Of a stretch of 64,000 bases of DNA, positions 1 through 25,797 are shown one piece after another. The DNA is from the human T2T-CHM13v2.0 reference genome, Homo sapiens: NCBI RefSeq assembly GCF_009914755.1, contig NC_060947.1. One strand, 5' to 3'. Made by a program: the position numbers and the translations under genes. The notes beneath the pieces are model-generated. The model searched no databases and was not told where the DNA came from. It saw nothing but the letters and a program-made list of their open reading frames with translations. Every line of letters starts with the position of its first letter. Position 1 is the stretch's first letter.

Positions 1-85
1 GGCCACCTTATGATCCCAAGCTGACCACCACAGCCTTACTGAGTCAAGAAGAGGAGGGATGGGGAAGGGCCGGGGCTGCCCCGTT

Positions 86-387
<302 letters not shown>

Positions 388-749
388 AGGGGCTGCCCTG
401 TTTTAAGAGCCCTCTGGATGCCCCACCTCTGCTGCCCTCTCATTGATCAGGACTGTGCATGTGGTTGCCATAGCTGCAAGGGAGCCTGGGAAATGTGTAG
501 TTTGACAGGCAGCCGCCTCCAATCAGGGTCTTTCTTCCCTGACAGAATGACCCCTCCTCTGTCACTGTCTTTTCTCCAGAGCTACCAAAAAACCGAGTTG
601 AGGCAGCACAGGCTCTGTGGCCTGAAAGAGCTTCCCACAAAACCGTTCCCAAAGTCAGGCCATCCTGGTCAAAATCTAACACCCAACTCTCCCACACACA
701 CACACCACCAACAGGAAAGCAAGGGAGAGGCGCCACAGGGGACACACGG

Positions 750-2150
750 GGAGGTTTGGCCGCCGTCCGTGCACCCCTAGAGGCCGCTGTGGCACCCACG
801 TGCCTGTGCGCAAGCCGCCTGGGGGGGCACGACCCCTTGCTCCCCCGGGGCAATGGCACGGGCAGGGGCGGGGCAGTGGCAGGGGCAGGGGCGCGGCGCA
901 GGGGGGTGGGCGGCCTGAGGAGCCGAGGGAGGGCGGCTGCGCATGTCCACTCCCCCAACCGCCGCCGGGGTGCCCCGGGGAGCAGCGTCGCCCCCCGCCA
1001 GGCCTGTCAGAGCGTCCCAGCGCGCCCGCCTCCCCACGGACACAGGTGAGCGAGGCGCCGGTGCCCCTGGCCCTGCCAGGCCTGGGGGTATCCCCGCGCC
1101 GGCTTTGGGGGATCGTCCCCCAAGCGCCAAGCCTTCTCCCGGGCGAGCGGCCCCTCACTCGGCCGGCCGGGAGGGGTGTCGGCGCTTGGCTGGAAGCGGG
1201 GCCGCCTCACCCGGAGTCGGGATGGGTCTTGACAGGATGCCCGGGCGACGCTGCTCACACCGAGCCCGAAGTGGAGTCCTGGTTTCGGGGACCCTTCCGC
1301 ACTCCGAGCTTTGCACCTCACCCGGCCTCGTCCGGGAAAGCACGACCTGGCGAGGCCGCCCTAACCCCAGGTCCCGGCCCCTTAGCGCGCCAGCCTTGGT
1401 GAGCTGGGCGAAGCCCCCCAACCTGGTCCCAGCGGCTCTGAGCGCGCGGCCACGGGGACCCGCCGGGGGCTCCGCGCCACTTGAGAGGACCGAGCCCCCA
1501 ATCTCCGGCGCCTCCCGCGGGCTGAGGCCCCGGGCCAGTGCCCTCGGCACGTGCCTCTGCGCCTCGGGCTCCTCCCGGGAGCGGAGCCTTGGGGACCAGG
1601 GCCGCGGCCTCCCTGCGCGTCGCGGGGACTGGGCGAGTGTGGCCCCGTCCCGCCAGGCACCTGGGGTGGAAGCTGCGCTCCGCCACTCGGCCAGGCCCCG
1701 GGCTTTCCTTCCTCACCGTCGGCGCCCCCAGACTCCAGCCGCTCAGACCCCGACTTAAGAGGCAGCCTCGACCCCGCCTCTGCCTTCTGACCCATCCCTA
1801 AAGATGGCCGGGCACCCCTACAGGACCCCCAGAAGCCGACCTCTCCCTCCACGTGCGCCGCCGCCTCGCCCCTCCCCGCAGTCCTCCAGGTCTTCTTCCT
1901 GTCCCCAACCGTCGGGGACCCCCAAGCTCCGTCCTCCGCTTCCTGCTCTCTTTATCCCGCCCCCGCTCCTTCTGGGCCAACGCCGCCAGTGACTATTCCC
2001 AGGGATCCCTCAGAGCTGAGGACGCCGCGGCCGCATCCCCATTTGGGACCTTGCCCCGACTCCGACCTCCGGATCTCCAGCTCCACCAAACCTCGAAGCC
2101 ACCATCCGCCCCCAAACTGCCGCTGCGCCAGGCTTTCGGAGGGGAGTCGT
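750..2150. promoter_or_regulatory. ERAS: CpG island, probable ERAS promoter / 5' non-coding exon region
   Basis: Very high GC and CpG density. GC box GGGGCGGGGC at ~865, NRF1-like TGCGCATG at ~938, candidate splice donor CAG|GTGAGC at 1045/1046. Confidence 0.75.
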
Positions 2151-2504
2151 GGCAACAGCCATTAGGATGCACTAAGCAGGGCACTTCCTGAGCCCAAGGA
2201 CACCGAGGGGCATTCACTGAGTGAATGGGGATGTGCTGCTAATAACTAACACTAATTGACCACCTGCCGTGTGCCCATCCTCTTCGAACATGCAACTTCC
2301 TTGTTCCTTATCTTGTTACTGTCTCTTTCTCTCTGCCAGAATCCAATCCTCACAAGGGCAGGGACTGGGGTCTGTTTTGTTAACTGCCATATCACAATGC
2401 CTGGCACGAAGGAAGATTCTTGAATTAATGAATGGAGATTAAATTATAATTTAAAAGCCTGGCATGAACTGAGCACCTTCTGCATGCTTATCACCCGCTA
2501 CTGA

Positions 2505-2822
<318 letters not shown>

Positions 2823-3169
2823 CCCTTTTTAACCTAGTTTGTTGTCTCTCACCCCGACCAGAATATAACCTTCATGAGGGCTACAGTTTGTTGTCTATTT
2901 ATTGCCCAACTCCATGTCCTTGCCACACAGTAGGTTCCCAATAAATGTATGTTGAATAATTAATAAAGACTACATTCTAATGATAATGGCTAACAGACCA
3001 CGTGATTTACATATTTATTTGGTTTATTATATTATCTGCCTCTGCCTTTTAGAACATAAACCTTCTGGGGGTGGGAATGTTGGGTCCCTACTGTCTGGCA
3101 GGCACTGTGCTGGGCTAGGGTTCAATGGTGACCAAAACCGGCAAAATCCTGCCCTCCCTCTGTCATGGG

Positions 3170-3336
3170 GAGGAACTGCTAATGGGCATGGGGATTCTTT
3201 TCTGGGTGAGGAAAATGTTCTAAAATTTACTTATGGTGATAGTTGCACAACTTCGTGAATATGCTAAAACCCGTTAAATTGGACACTAGCTGGCTGAACT
3301 TGATGGGATGTAAATTACATCTCAATAAAGCTGTTT
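3170..3336 (+). mobile_element. Old L1M 3' end fragment
   Basis: Typical L1M 3'UTR text (aatgttctaaaatt...ggtgatagttgcacaac...tacatctcaataaagctgtt). Confidence 0.65.
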
Positions 3337-3618
3337 GGGAAATCCAGCCTTCACAGTTGTTGATTCGCGTGAGGAGGGAAGGAGAGATGGGGGGACGTGG
3401 GACAGGGAGAAAACAACATAAATCATATATATATAGCATGCAAATTGGAAGGTGATCAGCACACAATAGGCATTCAATAAATGTTGAAATAATGACACCC
3501 CACTGTCTCCTTGCCCTCAAATGGTCTCCCCTAACGTATCCCCTGTTGTCTTGCTTCTTCTCTTCCCACTTGCAGAGCCTGCTGCCCACGTCTCTTCCCT
3601 GAGCTGCCTGCTGGGGTC

Positions 3619-4320
3619 ATGGAGCTGCCAACAAAGCCTGGCACCTTCGACCTGGGCCTGGCCACATGGAGCCCTTCCTTCCAGGGGGAAACCCACCGGG
3701 CTCAGGCACGCCGCAGGGATGTTGGCAGGCAGCTGCCTGAGTACAAGGCTGTGGTGGTGGGCGCCAGTGGCGTGGGCAAGAGTGCGCTGACCATCCAGCT
3801 GAACCACCAGTGCTTCGTGGAGGACCACGACCCCACCATCCAGGATTCCTACTGGAAGGAGTTGACCCTGGACAGTGGGGACTGCATTCTGAATGTGCTG
3901 GACACAGCAGGGCAGGCCATCCATAGGGCCCTGCGTGACCAGTGCCTGGCTGTCTGTGATGGTGTGCTGGGCGTCTTCGCTCTCGATGACCCCTCGTCTC
4001 TGATCCAGCTGCAGCAGATATGGGCCACCTGGGGCCCTCACCCCGCCCAGCCCCTTGTCCTCGTGGGCAACAAGTGTGACCTTGTGACCACTGCTGGAGA
4101 TGCTCATGCCGCTGCTGCAGCCCTCGCACACAGCTGGGGGGCCCACTTCGTGGAGACCTCGGCCAAAACACGGCAAGGCGTGGAGGAGGCCTTTTCCCTG
4201 CTGGTCCATGAGATCCAGAGGGTCCAGGAGGCCATGGCGAAGGAGCCCATGGCAAGGTCCTGTAGGGAGAAGACCCGGCACCAGAAGGCCACCTGCCACT
4301 GTGGCTGCTCTGTGGCCTGA
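3619..4320 (+). CDS. ERAS: ES cell-expressed Ras GTPase (E-Ras), 233 aa, intronless CDS
   Basis: Ras motifs [25 protein letters not shown] and ETSAK; CAAX box CSVA; ~38 aa N-terminal extension. Polypyrimidine tract and acceptor AG at 3574-3575 lie just upstream. Confidence 0.98.
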
Positions 4321-4532
4321 AGGTCTTGGCCAAGAAATGTAGACCTTTCCCCAGGCCAGGGTGATTGTTCATTTGACATGAGACCCCTGAGGCAACTAGC
4401 TTTGAGGGACACATCAGGTATACTAGGGAAAGATGGACATCTCTCTTGTTTTCACTTGGTGAGGGGCTTTTTGGTAACATGGGAGTGCCTAATGTTGCTT
4501 TTGTTATGTCAAGTTGAAAGATTTTGTGCAAA

Positions 4533-4542
4533 ATTAAATAAA
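4533..4542 (+). terminator. ERAS: ERAS polyadenylation signal (overlapping ATTAAA/AATAAA)
   Basis: ATTAAATAAA ~215 nt after the stop codon, followed by GT-rich sequence. Confidence 0.75.
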
Positions 4543-5604
4543 TGGTGTTTTGGGTTTCAAAGCTGCCTCCATGCCGAGTGTTGTGTGGGTGGGAGTGAGA
4601 CTGGGTAGAATGTTACTTGAGTTGTGAGAATTCTTTCATTCAAGAAATTCAGGGGGAGCCCACTGTGTGCTAGGCTCCGCTTTATATATAAGGGAGGTAG
4701 AGGCAAACAAGACACTTAAAAATCCTTGCCCTTATAGATATGGCATCAGGCTAGATAGTGATAAAGGCTACGTGTTAAAGGCAGGTGAAGGAATAGGGTG
4801 ACAGGTCCAGGAAAGCCTTCTTGAGAGTAGGTGACATCTGGACAAAAACCTGAAGATATCCAGAGGCAGAGGGACTAGCCAGTGCAAAGACCATGGCCAC
4901 AAATCAGCTGCCACCACAGCAACCCTCAGTATATCCAGGGCCTGGAGCAAGAGTACAGGTAGGCCTCTACACTACATAACTAAATATGTAAACGTTCAGA
5001 CATTACGAATCAAGCTTTACAAAGTAAATGAAATACACCCTATCCTACTTTGGCAAATACACTTTATTAGTGACCTGGATACCCAGGCTCCAATTTCTCA
5101 GCCTTCTCAGAGTTCCCTGCCAGAATGTGCCTGTCTGCCAAAGAGTGTGCCTGTACTGGGGCCTCCCGACCCTCAGTGCCCTCTCCCTTTCTCTCCGCTC
5201 TCTCCTTTTCTCTTCCCCACATCAGGAGGTGTTCATGTGTGCCTGCGACATCCCAGCCAGCACCTCAAGCTCTACTCACGTGCCCCACAAAGCCACCCCT
5301 TGGCCCTCAGGAGGATGGTCCCTTGGAAGATGATGGTGCAGGCCCTGAAAGTGGCCTCAAAGCCTGGGATCCCCATACCCAAGTGAGGCCTAAAAGGGGG
5401 ACACAAGATCCGCGATTGTCCATGTGGATGTCTTCCCCTCCACCCCTAGGAGAGACATAGACTGAGCAGGTGATTGCTCTAAAGTGCAGGACCCAGGGTA
5501 GAGTCTCCTCTCTCCTGGTCTAAGGGCAACCACCACCGCGGGGAACCACCAGCCCCTAGAAACTGCCACTCACACAGACAAGCACAGAGCTGCTTCAGAT
5601 CATG

Positions 5605-5610
5605 TTTATT
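5605..5610 (-). terminator. PCSK1N: PCSK1N polyadenylation signal
   Basis: TTTATT on + (AATAAA on -) ~145 nt after the stop codon; GU-rich downstream element on the minus strand. Confidence 0.85.
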
Positions 5611-5754
5611 GTGGGGCCAGGGGGTAGGGATCCTCGGGTGAGAGGGCTGGCTGGCCGGGGTAAGTTGCTCTGGACGTGCTGGCGGGGAGCAGTCCTGGTG
5701 GCGGGATGGCGGGGGCACTTCTGGGTCCCAGGGTGCACGGGATCCGGGCAGTGC

Positions 5755-5950
5755 TCAGGGTGGCAAGAGGCGGCGTGCAGGCACCTGGGGCGCCGGGGTC
5801 TCTAGGCGTTTCACACGCAGCAGCGCCCCCAGCACGCCCTCAGGGGGCAGCTCAGAGCCCACATCGTGGTCGGCGGCACGGCGGAGGCGGCGCGGGGCTG
5901 CCACCCCCTCGGAGTCCGCGCTTCCCGCAAGAATCCGTCCCAGCAAGTAC
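5755..5950 (-). CDS. PCSK1N: proSAAS coding exon 3 (PEN/LEN peptides, LLRVKR inhibitory motif)
   Basis: Acceptor CAG at 5953-5951. Encodes YLLGRIL...RRLRR...ALLRVKRLETPAPQVPARRLLPP*. The three exons sum to 783 nt = 260 aa + stop. Confidence 0.96.
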
Positions 5951-6363
5951 CTGCAGGGCCGAGCGCAAAGCAGTGAGGCGGTGTCCGCGGTGGGGCGTTC
6001 CCCCGCCCCACGCTCGGGGCCCAGAACGCAGGATCCACAACCACATACTGCCTGGGGACACGGTTCCCTCCCCAAGAAGGCGTCCTCAGCCCACTGCTTT
6101 CAGTAGACAGCCGTCATCGCCTTTCATCCCAGAAAACTGTGGCTTCCCCGCCTCCCTCTCCCCTTCCCAGGACCTGGGGTCCACTTCCCCCACTGAGTCA
6201 GCCAGGCATCCTTGCCTGGACTCCCTGGATCCAGGACCTCACTCCCTCTTAGGCCCCAGGACTTAGGGGTTCGCACTCCACGGGGTAAGCAGGCTTCCCA
6301 GTTCCTCGCCCTCGTCCTCTCCGGACGCAGGCGCCCGACCCCTCCCCACCCCCTGCCGGGCAC

Positions 6364-6836
6364 CTCAACAGCTCGGGGTCCACGTCGGGTGTCTCGTCGC
6401 CTGCCTCCTCAGCATCCGGGCCCGCGGGGCCGTCGTCGTAGACCGGGGGCCGGGGTCGGAGCGCCGCGGCGGGGACGGGCGCGGGGACAAGCTGGGCTGC
6501 GAGGGCGGCAGGGTCAAGGCGGGCGCGGAGCAGAGCGCGAGCGAGCTGCGCTGCAGGCGCGTCGGGGTCGTCGTCCAGGCCCAGAGCCGGATCAGAGTTG
6601 CGGGGGGCGCCCCAGACGCGCAGCAGCTGCGCCAGGACGCGCGCCTGCTGATCCTCAGCCTCCTGCGCCTCGGCCCGCGCCCGCTCCTGACGTTCGGCCT
6701 CCAGCAGATGCGCCAGCGCCCGCGCCAGCTCCTGCACCGCCCCCGCCGCCTCACCTCGGGGCACTGACCGCCGGAAGCGGCGAGGAGCGCCAGTCTCAGC
6801 CAAGGGCGGAGACGCTGCGCTTAGGCCGCGGGGCTC
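6364..6836 (-). CDS. PCSK1N: proSAAS coding exon 2
   Basis: Acceptor AG at 6838-6837, donor GT at 6363-6362. Encodes EPRGLSAASPPLAETGAPRRFRR...DVDPELL(R); phase matches exon 3. Confidence 0.96.
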
Positions 6837-7129
6837 CTGCGGGAAAATGAGGTGGGGGAAAAGAGTTTGTCAGCGTCCGTCGAGACAGGGACCCCCAGCC
6901 CGGGAAGCTTCGTAGGCCTCAAACATCCCAGATGCCACCAAAAGCACCGTGACCATCCAAATATACCCGGACACCCCTAAGGCCACTGGAAACCACCAAA
7001 TATCTCCAGACGCACTTAAGACCACCAAAGATCCCCAGACACCCCCCACCCCCACCCCACAGCGCGCCAGTGATCCCTTGGTGACTCTCATAATTCCTCC
7101 CTCCCCACCCCCACTCCTGGAGACCGAGT

Positions 7130-8810
<1,681 letters not shown>

Positions 8811-9273
8811 TCCCATCTTTGATGCAGACAGTATTGAAGAGCTAGAGGAGGATGCCTCTCCAAGTGCCCTTGCTGGCGCCCACCACTCCTCAGTCACCCC
8901 GGGGTATCACACTCACCAGCAATCACAGCCTCACACACACTCATGAGGACTGACAGGCCTGGAGATGTCACATATACAGCCCAACACTGCCACAGCCACA
9001 TGCAAGGACCTGCACACGTTCACATCCGCAGCTGCTCCTGCAGTTACAATCGCCAAGCCACCCAGGTGCAAGGACATGCACCATCCTTAAAGACACAATG
9101 CAGCAGAGAGACATCATGGCTCCTCTCCTCAGGATGACACAGCTCCACAAAGAAACGGAGAGAAACAGTCTCAGGAACACGCAAACGAAATCCCAGGCAC
9201 TTGGTCCAACAGAACCACTATGGAATGTGCACACGGAGATGCGAAGACCATTCCCTCTCAAACACAAACGAAA

Positions 9274-9274
<1 letters not shown>

Positions 9275-9340
<66 letters not shown>

Positions 9341-9342
9341 CA
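9275..9342. repeat. Compound (CA)n(GA)n microsatellite
   Basis: Directly visible. Confidence 0.95.
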
Positions 9343-9579
9343 CGCCCATAGGCCAAGCCAACACACATAATAAGGATTCACAAATATCCACACGGTGTCA
9401 CTGAGAAAACAATCGGACGCACAAAAGAATCGCGCACAGAAGTATCCCGGTATCACACACACTACACACCCAGACGCACCACGGCACCTTTCTAGGACAC
9501 TTGGAAGCGCTCAAACCAAAGAACACACACTTTCAAGGACACGACACCTCCACACCGCTCTCCTCACATCACACGCACA

Positions 9580-10320
9580 CACACTGATGCGCGCGCGCCC
9601 TTTCTTAAAGCGCCTTAGTGCCGTGGACAGCGTCACAGGCACCGGGCACGGAGAGGTGGGCAGGGCACGGTTACCGGCGGCGCCCCGGACAACGCCACCC
9701 GCACAGGCAGAGACCAAGTCAGGTCTCAGGTGTGCCGGCGTGGCCTGGGCGCGGACCGGCGGCCGGAGCCCGGGCCACCCTCGTCGATCTCTCCGCACGT
9801 CCCGGGAGCCGGCTCGGGCGGGGGTGAGGCGGCGCAGCCCCAACCCCAACCCTCGCCGGTGGCATCCTCCCCCAACCCCCACCCCTCGCCGGACTGGGGT
9901 CGCACCTTTACCGGCCGCGCGCAGAGCGCGGGGGGCGGCCGAAACAGGCCGAGCAGCAGCAGCACCAAAAGGCCGACGCCCCCGGCCCGCGGCCCCCAGA
10001 GCAGCGGCGACCCCGCCATGCTGCCCCAGCGAGCCGGGCTCCGGACGGGCGGACTGGCTGGCAAGTGCGCAGTGCCGGGGCGAGCTGGCGAGGCTGCGGC
10101 GCTCTGCGGCTGCGCACGCCCGGAACCAGGCCCCCCCTCCCCGCCCCCACCCCACCCACCCGACCGACGCAGGCGCAGCCTGGGGAGCTGGCAGCCCCAC
10201 CAGACCTCCCGTCGCCATGGAGATGCCCAAAGGGCAAGGTGGAGAGCTGGCGGTTGCCATGGCAGTCGGAGGGCAGTTGCTGGGGCAACCGACCTTACTG
10301 TTACCTTAGTAGACAGGAAA
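9580..10320 (-). promoter_or_regulatory. PCSK1N: PCSK1N CpG-island promoter
   Basis: CpG-rich region spanning exon 1, with GC boxes, NRF1-like TGCGCACGC and X-box-like motifs. Confidence 0.8.
9906..10019 (-). CDS. PCSK1N: proSAAS coding exon 1 (signal peptide)
   Basis: ATG at 10019 (context AGCATGG). Encodes MAGSPLLWGPRAGGVGLLVLLLLGLFRPPPALCARPVK (38 aa); donor AAG|GTGCG at 9906/9905. Confidence 0.97.
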
Positions 10321-10611
10321 ACAGGTAAGAAAAATTGACTCAGTGGAGTGGAATGGGGGTCTGGTCCTCATCTCTCTTCCTGGGGGAGGAGATGGACTTT
10401 AGTTTGTTCATTAGATAAATAGTTAATGGATCACCCGCAGTGGGCCCGGCCCGCGCCAGGGAGATGGGTTCAATCTAGGTGATGTGACCATGGACAGCTC
10501 AGTTGGCCATTCTAAGGCTCAGGCTCTCAGCGGCGTAAAGGGGTTACTACTGACAGCCTCCCTCAAAGTGACCTTGGAGGTTTAGAATGACATTCAGTAG
10601 GAGCTCCATAA

Positions 10612-19897
<9,286 letters not shown>

Positions 19898-20173
19898 GAG
19901 AACTGTCACCTCCTGGGGACCCTGTTTCCCTCGGGTATTCAAAAATCTCCCAAAGGGAGGCAAGCATGGGCTACGCAGAAGAACTCTCAGTAGGGACTGC
20001 TGAGTCTCTTCATATGAGCTGCAGTTCCCACAGTGGCAGTCACACAATTGGAAAAGGTGGTCCCAAACTTGTCTCTGACCTTAGCAGATGACACAACTTC
20101 TACTCTAGAAACCCAACAAACCAGTTTAAATTTAAATTCATTTGCCATCTCGACGTAACGAGATGCGAGATAA

Positions 20174-24372
<4,199 letters not shown>

Positions 24373-25237
24373 GTAAAATCAACATACAAAAATTAATTGT
24401 GTTTCTATACACTAACAACTATCTGAAAAGGAAATTAAGAAAACAATCACATTTGCAATAGCATCACAAATAATTAAATACTTAGGAAGAAACTTAACCA
24501 AGTAAATGAAATATCTGTACACCAAAAACTAGAAAACATTAGTGAAAGAAAGTAATGAAGACACAAATAAATGGAAAGACATCCTGTTCTCATGAATTGG
24601 AAGACTTAATAGTGTTAAAATATCCATACCATTCAAAGAAGTCTACAAGGCTGGCGCAGTAGCTCACACTTGTAATCTCAGCACTTTGGGAGGCCGACGT
24701 GTGTGGATCACTTGAAACCAGGAGTTAGAGACCAGCCTGGGCAACATGGTGAAACCCCATCTCAACTAAAAATACAAAATTAGCCAGGCATATTGGTGTA
24801 CACCTGTAATCCCAGCACTTTGGGACGCTGAGGAAGGCAGATTACTTGAGGCCAAGAGTTGAAGACCAGCATGGGCAACATGGTGAAACCCTGTCTCTAC
24901 TAAAAATACAAAAAAGTTGTCGGGTGTGGCGGCACTCACCTGTAGTTCCAGCTACTCGGGAGGCTGAGGTGGGAGGATTGTTTGGGCCTGGGAAATGAAG
25001 GTTGCAGGGCTGCAGTGAGCCGAGATTGTGCCACTGCCCTCCAGTCTGGGCAACAGAGCAACATTCTGTCTCAAAAACAACAGCAACAACAACAAAGTAA
25101 TCTGCAGCCTCAATCCTAGACCCATCAAAATCCCAGTGACATTTTTTACAGCAATAGAGAAAACAATTCTAAAATTCATATGTAGCCACAAAAGACCCAG
25201 AATAGCCAAAGCAATCTTGAGAAAAAAGAACAAAGCT
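24373..25237 (+). mobile_element. Old L1 ORF2 fragment (resumes at ~36990-38120)
   Basis: aaaatcaacatacaaaa...; the ORF track gives [38 protein letters not shown], which is L1 ORF2-like. Confidence 0.85.
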
Positions 25238-25629
25238 GTGAGGTCAGAGCCACCACAGAGAATAGGTCTAGTGGAGCTTTGGAGGTGGGCCCCCCCCACT
25301 CCCCAAGAACCCAGAACTGTAGAGCTACCAGCAAGCAACAGCAGCTTGGGTGCCTGCAACCCCTGAGAGATTGCTGTGTGGGCTGAGCCCAGCAAGCTTG
25401 TGGGGGCGGGGCTACCTGAAGCCTTGGGGGCCCAATCCCTACCCCAGTGTGCCCAAAGGTGGTGCATACCGTCAAAGATAATTGTGGAGGTTTAAGACAA
25501 TGTTGTTTGCCCTGTGGGCTTTTGGATTTGCTGGGAACTGCTATTCCTTTTTTCTTTCCTGTTGCTCCCTTTAGGAATGGGAACATTCATCTTCTGCCTG
25601 TCCCACTGTTGTATTTTGGAAGTAGATAA

Positions 25630-25797
<168 letters not shown>

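Noticed and set aside
3517-4531. Two long antisense ORFs (260 and 304 aa) over ERAS
   Set aside because: Shadow frames of a GC-rich CDS with no independent motif evidence.
5676-6850. Plus-strand ORFs of 196 and 212 aa opposite PCSK1N exons
   Set aside because: Antisense shadows of GC-rich exons.
9395-10338. 304, 249 and 202 aa ORFs across the PCSK1N promoter
   Set aside because: CpG-island artefacts with low-complexity products.
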